The translations under genes and the position numbers were made by a program. This document shows positions 1-9,670 of a DNA stretch of 64,000 nucleotides, piece by piece. Source of the DNA: a virus (lineage: Duplodnaviria; Caudoviricetes); IMG/VR virus record IMGVR_UViG_3300033066_001904, positions 1 through 64,000 of that record, one strand, 5' to 3'. Below the pieces are notes generated by a model. It saw nothing but the letters and a program-made list of their open reading frames with translations. It ran no database searches and was not told the origin of the DNA. Position 1 is the first letter of the stretch. Each line of letters opens with the position of its first letter.

Positions 1-104
1 GTAAAATTTAAAGACCCAAATAAATTTACCCCATTAGCCATTAACTGTTTAATATCATCGGGAATTTGATAGTTAGCATAAATATTGTATAGTTCTGTAA
101 ACAT
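1..104 (-). CDS. Partial hypothetical protein (runs off the left edge; MFTELYNIYANYQIPDD...)
   Basis: ATG at 102-104, open frame to the window edge, downstream of a promoter-like motif at 125-147; not in the ORF track. Confidence 0.6.
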   Translation of the reverse strand, partial: MFTELYNIYANYQIPDDIKQLMANGVNLFGSLNF

Positions 105-124
105 TTATTTTAAAAATTGTTTGA

Positions 125-147
125 TAAATATATTAAAAAAATTTTGA
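125..147 (-). promoter_or_regulatory. Promoter-like motif TCAAA-N10-TATATTTA
   Basis: Same spaced motif seen upstream of five genes; TAnnTTTA resembles the Bacteroidota -7 element TAnnTTTG. Confidence 0.5.
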
Positions 148-160
148 CAAAGGAAAAAAA

Positions 161-757
161 TTAAATGATTCCCAATGCCTTCATATTAGTGATTTGATTT
201 TCATCTAATTCCCATTCATATTCTTTCTCTTTCACTTCCATATTATCTTCGATGTGTCTAACCTGATTAGCAGATAATGGATCAGCAACATATAAAAAAT
301 AACAATTATAACAGAGTAATTCTAAATTATTTAGCAAATAATTACACTTGTTACCATCCTTAAAGTTTAATAAAAGAGGTATCTTATAATCAGTAACTCG
401 ATGTTCACAAAACCCACAACTGGGTATATAGCATTCTTCTTTTAGATATCCTTCAGTTATTAATCTTCTTTTAATTTTTTCAGGGGTAAATGATTCCCAT
501 CCTGTTCCTTGTGTAACAATTATTTTTACGTTGGGTTCTCTTCTTCTATCTGGTAAAAATTTAGGGATTCCTTTTCCACTTTGATTTTTATGTAGTTCAA
601 ATAAAGTTTTATTAGATTCCTCATCTTTAAAAAGCAAAGCGTATGGTTTGTAATGTTGGTACGAAACACCTAAGTACTTAGCCGCTGCCCTATTACTTTT
701 TGTAAAGCGCATTGCTCTTAATATGTTTTCTTTTGAAAGAGGTTTAGGTGCGGGCAT
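161..757 (-). CDS. HTH plus degenerate HNH-like (Zn-binding) protein
   Basis: N-terminal HTH-like segment (RAAAKYLGVSY); C-terminal CxxxxC...LNFKDGNKCNYLLNNLELLCYNC resembling the HNH signature. Confidence 0.55.
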   Translation of the reverse strand: MPAPKPLSKENILRAMRFTKSNRAAAKYLGVSYQHYKPYALLFKDEESNKTLFELHKNQSGKGIPKFLPDRRREPNVKIIVTQGTGWESFTPEKIKRRLITEGYLKEECYIPSCGFCEHRVTDYKIPLLLNFKDGNKCNYLLNNLELLCYNCYFLYVADPLSANQVRHIEDNMEVKEKEYEWELDENQITNMKALGII

Positions 758-1175
758 TATTACCTTTTTGATTTCTAATAAATAAAATTAAATCCCATAA
801 ATCTCCAATTGAGGTTAGGGGTATATCTTTATTATTTTTATCTAATAAGTGATTAATACTTCCATCAGGATTTATTCTATCATAAACATAAAAATTTATA
901 ACTTCTAATTCTTCTTTACTAAAGAACATTTCCATAATGGATTCAATTACATTATAAAATACATCTTCGTATGAAGACATATCTACTTTTATTTGACTTA
1001 AAATTTGAGATCTAGTGTTCATTTGTTCTAAACCTACAATAATTTGTTCAAATTTATGTCTATTAATATCATTTTCATTCTTTTTTCTTCTTTTTAAGAC
1101 AGTATCAGAGCCAATGATATTTTCAATCGATTTTTTAATTCCTTGAACATGTTCGTCCTGCGGATTCTGTGACAT
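744..1175 (-). CDS. Hypothetical protein
   Basis: 143 aa ORF with overlapping junctions to both neighbours. Confidence 0.6.
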   Translation of the reverse strand: MSQNPQDEHVQGIKKSIENIIGSDTVLKRRKKNENDINRHKFEQIIVGLEQMNTRSQILSQIKVDMSSYEDVFYNVIESIMEMFFSKEELEVINFYVYDRINPDGSINHLLDKNNKDIPLTSIGDLWDLILFIRNQKGNNART

Positions 1176-1491
1176 AACTTATACTTTTAGGGGTTAGTTG
1201 AGATATTAAACTTTTACATTCATTGCACTTTTCATATTCTTCTCTATTTAGAAAATATGATATAGCGTTTTCTAACGATGGTTTCCATTTATCTTTTTCT
1301 AACTCTACATAATATTGAGAATTAGCTACTTCAAATAGTGGAATACTTTTTTTATTTTTTAAAATACCGTATTTTATAGCATATATGGTTTCATTTATTA
1401 CTGCATTTTGTACTTCAGGTATGTCACTTAGTTGTGAATAATTTGCTCCTGGTTTTACTGACACTTTAAATAATGGAATTTTTCTTTTCAT
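1135..1491 (-). CDS. Hypothetical protein with C-terminal UVR-like motif
   Basis: LENAISYFLNREEYEKC resembles the UvrB/UvrC helical motif. Confidence 0.45.
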   Translation of the reverse strand: MKRKIPLFKVSVKPGANYSQLSDIPEVQNAVINETIYAIKYGILKNKKSIPLFEVANSQYYVELEKDKWKPSLENAISYFLNREEYEKCNECKSLISQLTPKSISYVTESAGRTCSRN

Positions 1492-1493
1492 TT

Positions 1494-1727
1494 TTAGTCA
1501 TTTTTAGGTTTGTTTATCATACTAACTATATTTTCTCCTAAAACTGCTCCTAACCCTACTAATACTATCGTAAGTATACCATTAAATATAAATTCTGAAA
1601 TTGTTAATCCCAGAAATAGATTAGCAAAAGCTATTATTATTATAACTCCAGTGCATATTAAAGCTATAAATCTTTTTGAAGATGTTTCGTTAGTTCCTGA
1701 TAAGAGATTTAAAAAAAATCGCTTCAT
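1494..1727 (-). CDS. Two-TM membrane protein, probable holin
   Basis: 77 aa, two hydrophobic segments, SSKR before TM1, charged C-terminus. Confidence 0.55.
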   Translation of the reverse strand: MKRFFLNLLSGTNETSSKRFIALICTGVIIIIAFANLFLGLTISEFIFNGILTIVLVGLGAVLGENIVSMINKPKND

Positions 1728-1741
1728 AATAATAATTTATA

Positions 1742-1749
1742 ATAAATAT
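1742..1749 (-). promoter_or_regulatory. ATATTTAT upstream motif (candidate late promoter); first of about 15 intergenic copies
   Basis: Sense-strand ATATTTAT lies 4-24 nt before many ATGs (60 nt for nrdJ; see findings). Confidence 0.5.
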
Positions 1750-2513
1750 TATAAAGCTCTATTATAAGCGGGAAATCCCCATTTATATGTGAAAAACTGA
1801 TGGGCATTATACTCTTTTTGAACAGATTCAGGAGGTCTTGCACTTTTTGACCCAAAATGATAAAAATTACATCTAAATGTTCTAATATTTGAAACACCAC
1901 ATTTATCCCATTTTACGAAAAGATCCCAATCTACAACTTGCGCACAATTATATTGCACATCTAACCCACCTACCATATTATATGTATCTTTACTACAAAA
2001 GAATGGATAAGTCCATCCTTGGGAACCAGCAAAATTTGATCTTAATTGTATTTCTTCTTTTGTAAATTTTTCTAAATCAAATTCATCAAATGTTTCACCA
2101 TAATTTTTTATTATGAATGATTTAAATATCGAAGGTCTAGGTTCGATTTGATTAGGAACAATAACTACCTTTTTTGATAAAGAGGTAGAAAAATGATTAT
2201 AATCATCTATCAAAATCTTATCAAAATCTTTTGGAAAAACATTATCATCATTTACATTCAAACATAAATTATTTGATGCATTATACATTCCATAATTTGT
2301 TGCAGTTGCAAATCCTTGATTTTCTTCAAATATTACCGGATTAATGTTTAATTTATCTTTAAATTTTTCTATAATGTGTTTACATATATCATATGTACCA
2401 TCAACAACAATTACTATTTCATTATTAGAATAATGTTGATTTTTATAGATTGATTCTAGACATAAATCTAAATAATCCACAGCAGTGTATGTTGGTATAA
2501 TAATACTAATCAT
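1749..2513 (-). CDS. Glycosyltransferase family 2
   Basis: SIIIPTY start, IVIVVDG, NQGFATATNYG, NDD (DxD-like), DWD motif. Confidence 0.9.
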   Translation of the reverse strand: MISIIIPTYTAVDYLDLCLESIYKNQHYSNNEIVIVVDGTYDICKHIIEKFKDKLNINPVIFEENQGFATATNYGMYNASNNLCLNVNDDNVFPKDFDKILIDDYNHFSTSLSKKVVIVPNQIEPRPSIFKSFIIKNYGETFDEFDLEKFTKEEIQLRSNFAGSQGWTYPFFCSKDTYNMVGGLDVQYNCAQVVDWDLFVKWDKCGVSNIRTFRCNFYHFGSKSARPPESVQKEYNAHQFFTYKWGFPAYNRAL

Positions 2514-2751
2514 GTTCCTTTTTATTTACTGATAATCCTTCATATTTTAATAAAGAATTACAGATATATTTTTGTAATTTATATAATGTTTGAGCATTAT
2601 TTACTTCTAACAAAATGTTCTTTTTATCCTTATCATTTATTTGTTTTGTTTCAACAAATTCAATAATAAAAGTTTTAGCTTCGTTTAAGTTTTGCATAAC
2701 AAATATCTTTTCACTTATTTGCTCAAAGATACTTTTAATTTGGTATTTCAT
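2506..2751 (-). CDS. Hypothetical protein
   Basis: 81 aa ORF, coupled junctions. Confidence 0.6.
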   Translation of the reverse strand: MKYQIKSIFEQISEKIFVMQNLNEAKTFIIEFVETKQINDKDKKNILLEVNNAQTLYKLQKYICNSLLKYEGLSVNKKEHD

Positions 2752-3421
2752 TTTCCCAGTTATTTAATGGTGAAAGCCACATGGTTTCTCCATGAGTAGA
2801 ATATCCTGGTAAAGGGGTTATTAACGTTTTTCCTTTATCTCTTAATTCTAAGAACATTTGAAAATCGTGTGGATGAGTAGTAGAGGTCCATTTCCTTAAA
2901 ATACTTTCGTCATCCTTTAACGTTTTAACTTTTGCAGCAAATGTCATAGTTGTTGAATTTGTTAATTTCCAATGGCATGATTTAGATAATAAAACTCTAG
3001 TTATTTCTCCACCTGATTCAACGAATGGGTTTGCTCCATCAATATATTTGTCGGGATGATCATATAATGACACGTAATCAGCTCCTAATTCAATGCCTTC
3101 TAACAAAATTTCTTTAGATTTATTTTTGTGTAAATAATCATTTTCTAAAAAATAAACTATTTCATTATCATCTAATGTTAAAGCATAATTTAACGCTAAG
3201 TTAAAAGTCCCAGCTCCATTCCCTATAGAAACTTTCATTAATGAATTATGACCTATATTTTTAATCATCTCATTAGTATTGTCACTAGTATTATCAGCAA
3301 TAACAAGCCATTTCTCAGTTAGAAAATGTTTTGTAGCATTTATTAGGCAATTAGTATTGTTTATATATGAAGGCTTTACTTTATTATAACCAACGTCTGA
3401 TATTCTGTATATTATTGTCAT
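2735..3421 (-). CDS. GT-A fold glycosyltransferase-like protein
   Basis: LVIADN, GAGTFNLALNYA, YFLENDYLH. Confidence 0.75.
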   Translation of the reverse strand: MTIIYRISDVGYNKVKPSYINNTNCLINATKHFLTEKWLVIADNTSDNTNEMIKNIGHNSLMKVSIGNGAGTFNLALNYALTLDDNEIVYFLENDYLHKNKSKEILLEGIELGADYVSLYDHPDKYIDGANPFVESGGEITRVLLSKSCHWKLTNSTTMTFAAKVKTLKDDESILRKWTSTTHPHDFQMFLELRDKGKTLITPLPGYSTHGETMWLSPLNNWENEIPN

Positions 3422-3653
3422 TTATAATTTTTATAAGACTTATAAAGTCTGATTTAATTTTATCATAATTTCCAGATGTTTTACTTAACACCCTTTCAAT
3501 TTTCCCACTTTCACATAATCTATCAACCATAATAAAATATGTGTCATGGTACATATATTTTCTTAAATATAAGTGAAATCCATTTATTGTAACAAATTCT
3601 ATTAAATCACTATCAAGTAAATATGATGGGTGAAAAGCTTCTATTGTTTTCAT
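3384..3653 (-). CDS. Hypothetical protein
   Basis: 89 aa ORF in operon. Confidence 0.5.
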   Translation of the reverse strand: MKTIEAFHPSYLLDSDLIEFVTINGFHLYLRKYMYHDTYFIMVDRLCESGKIERVLSKTSGNYDKIKSDFISLIKIINDNNIQNIRRWL

Positions 3654-4510
3654 TTTATGAAATTTAAAATTGCTTTATTACTTTGTGCTTCAAATTGTTT
3701 CCAAATATATTCATCTCTTGTATTTAACGTATTTACGCGTTTTAAAGGATGATAATAATTATGCCCTTTTATTCTTGTTGTTATATGATATTGGGGAATT
3801 TCATTTTTTCTAAAATACCACTCAGCACAAGTATCTTCCCTTACAAAATGTAAATCAGGCGCAATAAAAGGAGTTTTTAATCCTTTAGATAATGATAACA
3901 AAGATCCATCGACCTTCCAAAAAAAAGTTTTTACAATTTTTACTTCTTGTTCTTCATTAAATGAATTTAACTGATCTTGTGTTATATAATCGTAATATCT
4001 ATAAGGTTGTAATTCTTCATTAGAGGGTTTTTGATTATTTAAATCAGGATAACGCTGTAATGATTCATGTTCAACACATGTCCAACTATCATCCCACATT
4101 ATTCTTGATGAAAGTGACAATATATGAGCTTCTTGTATTTCAATTTCTGATAGAATATAGAAATAATCCTCCGGGATTAAACAATCGCTTTCACCCCATA
4201 CAGTATATTTAGCATTAGGGTCATAAATTTCTCTTCTCCAATCACCAATATTATAAAATTCATCTTTATCCGTTTTATAGATAATTTCTGCCCTTTTCAA
4301 AACAGGATGAGATAAAAATTGTTTAAACATATCTTCAGGCTTTCCTTCTATTGGTTTTTCAAGCAAAGTTTGAGAGTTTAAACAAAATTTTAATTTTACA
4401 GGTATATTTGAGTGTTTTATTGATTCTTGTAATGAATCCAAAGTTTCATTTATCATCTGTGATTCATACCACATTATATGTTGTTGATATAATATATAAT
4501 TACTTTTCAT
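3650..4510 (-). CDS. Putative glycosyltransferase-like protein
   Basis: WGESDCLIP (ExD), located in the GT island. Confidence 0.5.
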   Translation of the reverse strand: MKSNYILYQQHIMWYESQMINETLDSLQESIKHSNIPVKLKFCLNSQTLLEKPIEGKPEDMFKQFLSHPVLKRAEIIYKTDKDEFYNIGDWRREIYDPNAKYTVWGESDCLIPEDYFYILSEIEIQEAHILSLSSRIMWDDSWTCVEHESLQRYPDLNNQKPSNEELQPYRYYDYITQDQLNSFNEEQEVKIVKTFFWKVDGSLLSLSKGLKTPFIAPDLHFVREDTCAEWYFRKNEIPQYHITTRIKGHNYYHPLKRVNTLNTRDEYIWKQFEAQSNKAILNFIK

Positions 4511-5246
4511 ATTTATAATTTATAGCATCTCTTCTCATTTGTTCCAATTCTTGAAGTTTACCAACTTTATGGAAATGTTCATACATTCTTTTCATAGCTA
4601 ATTCAAAATATTGATTTTTTTCTAAAGAAGGTTTAGCTAATTTTAGTGTAGCTTCTCCATAATGAACCACAGGTAACCAATCACATACTAGTATTTTATG
4701 ATGTATTTCCTTACAAGTCATAGCAGTATGAATATCATACCCATATCCTGGCCATAAATCTTCAGGGTATTCTTGAATTTTTTCCAAAACTTCTCTTTTA
4801 ATTAAAGGACACTGAAAATCAATCCATTCTACAAACCGGAGTTGATTAGATCCCCAATTCCTCATTTGAGGCCAAAAACATTCATTATGTTGATCTTTTC
4901 CTATTACACATGATGATACCATACCTATGTTAGTATGTTCAAACATAATTCTTCTTAATTCTTTAACGTACCTATAACCATGTACATTTAAATCATTATT
5001 CAAAAATAAAAGAGAATCATATTGACTCTCATTTAAAAAATACTCAGTAGCTGCTGCTAATCCTCCCCCAAAATAAACATTTTCAGGAAGTTGTAATGAA
5101 GTATATTTTGATTTTTTTTCTGATGACGAACCATTATCAATAACTTCTAAATCATAATCTTCTCCTTTATAAGGTGCTAACTGTTCATATAGGTTATCCG
5201 TAAATTCTGGTAGCTCAAAATTTAAAATAGTTACTAATGTTTTCAT
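4500..5246 (-). CDS. Glycosyltransferase family 2
   Basis: VIDNGS, FLNND, GYGYD; start moved to MKTLVTIL (5246). Confidence 0.85.
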   Translation of the reverse strand: MKTLVTILNFELPEFTDNLYEQLAPYKGEDYDLEVIDNGSSSEKKSKYTSLQLPENVYFGGGLAAATEYFLNESQYDSLLFLNNDLNVHGYRYVKELRRIMFEHTNIGMVSSCVIGKDQHNECFWPQMRNWGSNQLRFVEWIDFQCPLIKREVLEKIQEYPEDLWPGYGYDIHTAMTCKEIHHKILVCDWLPVVHYGEATLKLAKPSLEKNQYFELAMKRMYEHFHKVGKLQELEQMRRDAINYKYEK

Positions 5247-5779
5247 TTTTTTATCCCCCAAAAATATAAGTCGAATGCTTCTGGATTATAGTCAAAGAAA
5301 TATTCTGAAAAATATAATTCAACATCTAGAAATTCTAGTATATCTTCTTTTGTTAAGTTTTTGTAATAATCAAACCATTCTACGTGTGAGAATGGACTTG
5401 CCCATCCAGACCCAGATTTAATAGTCCCATGCTCTGCTCGACCAGTAGATGCGCATGTAAATGTAAATAATCCTCCAGGTTTTGTAAGTTTTACACAATT
5501 CATTATAGTTTCTCTATAAAAATAATCATGTTCAAAACATTCTGAACTAATAACAATATCATATTGCTTTCCAGGATGGAATTGATGCCCTTTACTAACT
5601 ATATCTACATTATTCCCAGGTCCTATATCTACACCAGTATATGTGTAGTTTTCAAATAAAAAATGGTTATTACCATTTATATCTAGAGATCCTATGTCTA
5701 AGACATCACAATTTTTAAATCGTTCAGGAAATTTATCTTTGACTCTTTTAAAAAAGTCTTGTTGTGCTCCGTGTGCCAT
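5243..5779 (-). CDS. Class I SAM-dependent methyltransferase
   Basis: VLDIGS, GVDI, YDIVISSECFEH, LTKPGG motifs. Confidence 0.9.
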   Translation of the reverse strand: MAHGAQQDFFKRVKDKFPERFKNCDVLDIGSLDINGNNHFLFENYTYTGVDIGPGNNVDIVSKGHQFHPGKQYDIVISSECFEHDYFYRETIMNCVKLTKPGGLFTFTCASTGRAEHGTIKSGSGWASPFSHVEWFDYYKNLTKEDILEFLDVELYFSEYFFDYNPEAFDLYFWGIKK

Positions 5780-5784
5780 AATTT

Positions 5785-6417
5785 TTATATTTTATCAAAA
5801 TAACCCCCAATATCAAATTTAGTACCAGTATTTATTGAACCAGCTTCATTAGGGATAAAGTTTTTAGGGTTTACTACTCTAAAATCTACAGATACTCTGG
5901 TATTAGACGTTTTATTAATTTTATTACCATGCATAAGATTAGCCCCATCAAAAATTAATACTTCACCATATATAACTGTTTGAGGTTTAAAATCTCCTTT
6001 ATCCTCTTTTGATTCTAACCAAATAGTATTGGTATCATAAGCATCAGTAAAGGGCATCCAACAGTTTATTTCAGTTACGCCATGATTATATGTTTTATCT
6101 TTATGCCATTCACCAACTCCTAAATTATTTACTAAATGAACTCTAAAAGTTGGTATTTTTTGATATATAATTTCTTTAAATTTAAAGTGGGGTTTAATAA
6201 CTTCTTTTATAAATTCAGTATACAAAGGTTGAAATTCTTCAAATTTTCTATAATATCTTTTATGCCAAATAGTACTTTGGTCTTTAGATCTTTCTAAGAG
6301 ATCATAGTCTAAATCTTTGTGTAATTTTTCCAAAATGAATACAGAATCCATCATAAATCCTATATTTTCTCTAAATGTATATTTTTCTGTATCATATTGT
6401 ATTTTATATGCTTTCAT
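5785..6417 (-). CDS. 2OG-Fe(II) oxygenase-like protein (PhyH/StrG-like)
   Basis: HKD (HxD), distal H in LMHGN, RVSVDFR; start moved to MKAYKIQ. Confidence 0.7.
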   Translation of the reverse strand: MKAYKIQYDTEKYTFRENIGFMMDSVFILEKLHKDLDYDLLERSKDQSTIWHKRYYRKFEEFQPLYTEFIKEVIKPHFKFKEIIYQKIPTFRVHLVNNLGVGEWHKDKTYNHGVTEINCWMPFTDAYDTNTIWLESKEDKGDFKPQTVIYGEVLIFDGANLMHGNKINKTSNTRVSVDFRVVNPKNFIPNEAGSINTGTKFDIGGYFDKI

Positions 6418-7015
6418 ATAATGCGTTTTGTTTTTCTTGTTTTTCAATTGTTTTGATGTGCTGCAAAGCCCATTCATTAGAATCAGGAATATTACTTATT
6501 GTTTTATATCCTTCAAGGCGTTCATGAACCTTATTAACCCAATGTATTTCAGAATTATTTTTACAAATTCTAGTTTGATAATCAGGAAAATTTATCCTAT
6601 TCTCCATATCTAGAGACCAACCCCATTTTTTTATATGACCGTATGTTATTCCTTCAACTTTATTAACTCTAGGTACAACCATGCATTCTATATCCGAATT
6701 TATTTCGAGTACTGATTTTAAGTGTTCTAATAGAAATTCTCCTAAATATTCATCAGCATCTATAAAGAATATATATTCTTTAGTACATTGTTTTAATAAA
6801 TGGTTTTTAAATGATGCAAAATCTTTATTCAAAGAATAAAAATGAAATTTACATCCAGAATTTGCAGCTACTTGAATTGTTTCTTCATTATTGTTATCTG
6901 AATCTATTTGAATTATTACTTCATCTTCTTCTTTTAGAAAAGGTAATAACTGGTTGAGTAATCTTTCAAGTTCAGTAGCCTCTGTAGAGGCTGTAATTGC
7001 ATAACTAATTGTCAT
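6404..7015 (-). CDS. Glycosyltransferase family 2
   Basis: ISYAIT, DFASFKN, FFIDADE (DxD), VHE. Confidence 0.85.
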   Translation of the reverse strand: MTISYAITASTEATELERLLNQLLPFLKEEDEVIIQIDSDNNNEETIQVAANSGCKFHFYSLNKDFASFKNHLLKQCTKEYIFFIDADEYLGEFLLEHLKSVLEINSDIECMVVPRVNKVEGITYGHIKKWGWSLDMENRINFPDYQTRICKNNSEIHWVNKVHERLEGYKTISNIPDSNEWALQHIKTIEKQEKQNALYESI

Positions 7016-7589
7016 ATGTTGCTAATGTATTTAGTGAATCATAATCCTTAATAGAATATCCAAAAGCTCTTAAATATGAACACGCATTATCGTATGCAGA
7101 ACCTTTAGATACGTTAGGACCACCTGCATGATAGTGTTCAAAAATTATATTTTTAATATTATAATCAGAATAATCTATACTCATTAGTATTGGTATATCT
7201 AATCCCTCAGCATCTATAAAAAGCCAATCTAATTCTTTAATTGAATATTTTTCTAGGATATTTTCTAGTGTAGAAGTAGGGACTTTAATTGTTTTAATTT
7301 GATTGTCATCAAGTAAACCTACTTTTACAACATGGTCTTTATTAACAGATGATACTTCAAAATTTGAATCATTATCATAGTGATAAAAATCAACACTATT
7401 TTGTCTATCATCAGGCATAATAGCTATATTTTCAATAAAAATATTTGACTTATCTTTATAACAATCTCTAATTTGATTATTTAACCAAGAAAGAGGTTCA
7501 ATAATAACCCCTAATTCTATATCAAAATCTTTTACTTTTTCAAAAACGTGATCATTTGCATTATGACCACCAATTTGGATAAAATTCAT
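7005..7589 (-). CDS. FkbM-family methyltransferase
   Basis: FIQIGG, IIEP, LDWLFIDAEGLD, IIFE pattern. Confidence 0.85.
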   Translation of the reverse strand: MNFIQIGGHNANDHVFEKVKDFDIELGVIIEPLSWLNNQIRDCYKDKSNIFIENIAIMPDDRQNSVDFYHYDNDSNFEVSSVNKDHVVKVGLLDDNQIKTIKVPTSTLENILEKYSIKELDWLFIDAEGLDIPILMSIDYSDYNIKNIIFEHYHAGGPNVSKGSAYDNACSYLRAFGYSIKDYDSLNTLATYDN

Positions 7590-7999
7590 TACTCAAAAAA
7601 ATTTATATAATCTAATGCTTCCATAAAATCTTTTTCAAGATACGTTTTTTTCTTAGACATATCCATTTTGTGAGTTTGATCTTTAGGAAATTTATCTTTT
7701 TCTGATTTTTTAATTTTAGTTGCTTTAATAGCAGACCATTGCCAATCTTTGGTTGATGTACCTTCTGCAAATACCATTCCTTTTTCGGGAATATTAATTA
7801 CTGAAGGGTACCATACATTATTTTTATCGTCTACCCATTCTAAATCTTTATAAAGTTCGGGTAAAGATTCATTTTTTGTAGAATTTTCACTACTATAGAA
7901 TCCGCATCCATAGCATGTCCAATATTTACCGTGAACTGAAATAATTTCAGCACACGCATTTGATCCACAACGTGGGCATATAATTAATGTTTCTTCCAT
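7589..7999 (-). CDS. Zinc-ribbon protein
   Basis: CPRC...CYGC. Confidence 0.6.
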   Translation of the reverse strand: MEETLIICPRCGSNACAEIISVHGKYWTCYGCGFYSSENSTKNESLPELYKDLEWVDDKNNVWYPSVINIPEKGMVFAEGTSTKDWQWSAIKATKIKKSEKDKFPKDQTHKMDMSKKKTYLEKDFMEALDYINFFE

Positions 8000-8223
8000 T
8001 TTTTAACAATATTTTTTAATTTAAATTTATTTATATTAAAATCTTTTGATAATTCATAAAATAATTCTTTATGTGCTGTTGAAGAGAAAGGATTATACCA
8101 TCTAGTGAATTTAATATTTAAATAGGATTTACGTACTAAAATTCTCTTAAAATTTAGGTGTCCCCTATTAAGTTTTGATACAAGTATAATCATTTTAAGA
8201 TTTCTTCTTAGTTTTAATTTCAT
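7984..8223 (-). CDS. Small basic hypothetical protein
   Basis: 79 aa, K/R-rich, fills the gap between core genes. Confidence 0.4.
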   Translation of the reverse strand: MKLKLRRNLKMIILVSKLNRGHLNFKRILVRKSYLNIKFTRWYNPFSSTAHKELFYELSKDFNINKFKLKNIVKKWKKH

Positions 8224-9518
8224 ACTTTTTTTAACTTAGGTAAATCTCCCATTTTCTTAAATGTTGGTATTACAATAGGGACAAATTTAGGAATTTTACT
8301 ATCTAAAATTGATATTAGCCTTTCACCCATTTTTTCTAAAGAAAAATTCGTTTTAGCATAATATGCTTGACGTTTTGCTTTTTCTTGATATTGTTTATAA
8401 TTTTTATAAACATCTTCTAAAGTTTCTGACACCTTTTTATAGTCTACTGTAAACCAACTAGATTCTGCTAGTAACATATCTTTCACAACAGCACTAGGAT
8501 GTAATTGAGTCAATTTTCCAGATAATAATGTATTATATTCATTATGCAGAAAATCTAAATGACCACTCCATCCACTCGCTATTATAGGTTTTTGAGATAA
8601 GGAAAATTCTAATAATGGTCGTCCATACCCCTCTCCTTTTGTTAGTGATACAAAAGATTTAACTTTAGGATGATTATATAATTCACTCATCTCTAAGTCT
8701 GTTAATTCTCCATGAAGTAGATATACTTCAGGTAATACTCCTTTAACAGATTGTTGGATTTGTTGAATTTTTTCTTCTATTTCATTTTTATCTAAAATAG
8801 AATATGTAGCGCCATTAGTTTTTAATATAAGAGCAGGTTTATGTTTCTTATTTTTAAATGTTTCTAAAAATACTTTTACAAGCATTCCTACATCTTTTCT
8901 ATCTTGTCCTATTTCACCTTGTAACCAGTGTCCTACAAATAGGAAACAAAATTCTTCTTTTATATTTTCTAGTGTTGAAGATACTAAAGATTTTTCGCCT
9001 AAAGAAGAGGGCAAATATGTTTCTACATCAACTCCTTCAAATAAAATATCAATAGGTTTTTCAAGTTTAATTATTTTTATAACTTGTCCACTATTATTAT
9101 CTCTCTGTTCAAATTTAGAATCTTCAAAAACTTTCTTTGAATGATGAGATGATACTAAAGTTAGATTCATTCTATTACATCCTTCAATCCATTGAGGAGC
9201 GCATACTGTAGTTTCTATACCTGCTGTTATTCCAATATTAAATTTACCAATAGCTTGGAATTCATTTGGAACTGTTATTTGAATCCAAACATCTGGTTGA
9301 CGGGGTAACTGAGGATCAGTTATAATTCTATCTAGCATTTGTTTGTGATCTTCATTATCTGCCTTTAAAAAACCGAATGGTGTATTACCCCACATTTGGG
9401 AAAATATTTTTACATCATATTTTTCGGACTTAATTAATACTTTAACAATATCTCTTGAGCGAGCTCCGTAGCCGCTAAATGTATCTAGAGGACAACTTAT
9501 TATTAATAAGGGTTTCAT
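8220..9518 (-). CDS. Glycosyltransferase family 4-like (GT-B)
   Basis: SGYG N-terminal loop, RK motif, EGYGRPLLE. Confidence 0.9.
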   Translation of the reverse strand: MKPLLIISCPLDTFSGYGARSRDIVKVLIKSEKYDVKIFSQMWGNTPFGFLKADNEDHKQMLDRIITDPQLPRQPDVWIQITVPNEFQAIGKFNIGITAGIETTVCAPQWIEGCNRMNLTLVSSHHSKKVFEDSKFEQRDNNSGQVIKIIKLEKPIDILFEGVDVETYLPSSLGEKSLVSSTLENIKEEFCFLFVGHWLQGEIGQDRKDVGMLVKVFLETFKNKKHKPALILKTNGATYSILDKNEIEEKIQQIQQSVKGVLPEVYLLHGELTDLEMSELYNHPKVKSFVSLTKGEGYGRPLLEFSLSQKPIIASGWSGHLDFLHNEYNTLLSGKLTQLHPSAVVKDMLLAESSWFTVDYKKVSETLEDVYKNYKQYQEKAKRQAYYAKTNFSLEKMGERLISILDSKIPKFVPIVIPTFKKMGDLPKLKKV

Positions 9519-9670
9519 TTTATTGAATATATTTTTTTATTTTTTCTAATCTTATTTCTAAATTTTGAAATAGTTTTCAGTCTATGTATTCTTCGTAATA
9601 ATTTTCTAAAATCATACTTTCTATATACAAATGGAGGGTTAGTAATTTTCGGCCATAACGTGTTTAACAT
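9515..9670 (-). CDS. Small basic protein, not in the ORF track (MLNTLWPKITNPPFVYRKYDFRKLLRRIHRLKTISKFRNKIRKNKKIYSIK)
   Basis: 51 aa, ends in an ATGA overlap with the next gene, carries the LLRRI...KF motif shared with other microproteins. Confidence 0.45.
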   Translation of the reverse strand: MLNTLWPKITNPPFVYRKYDFRKLLRRIHRLKTISKFRNKIRKNKKIYSIK

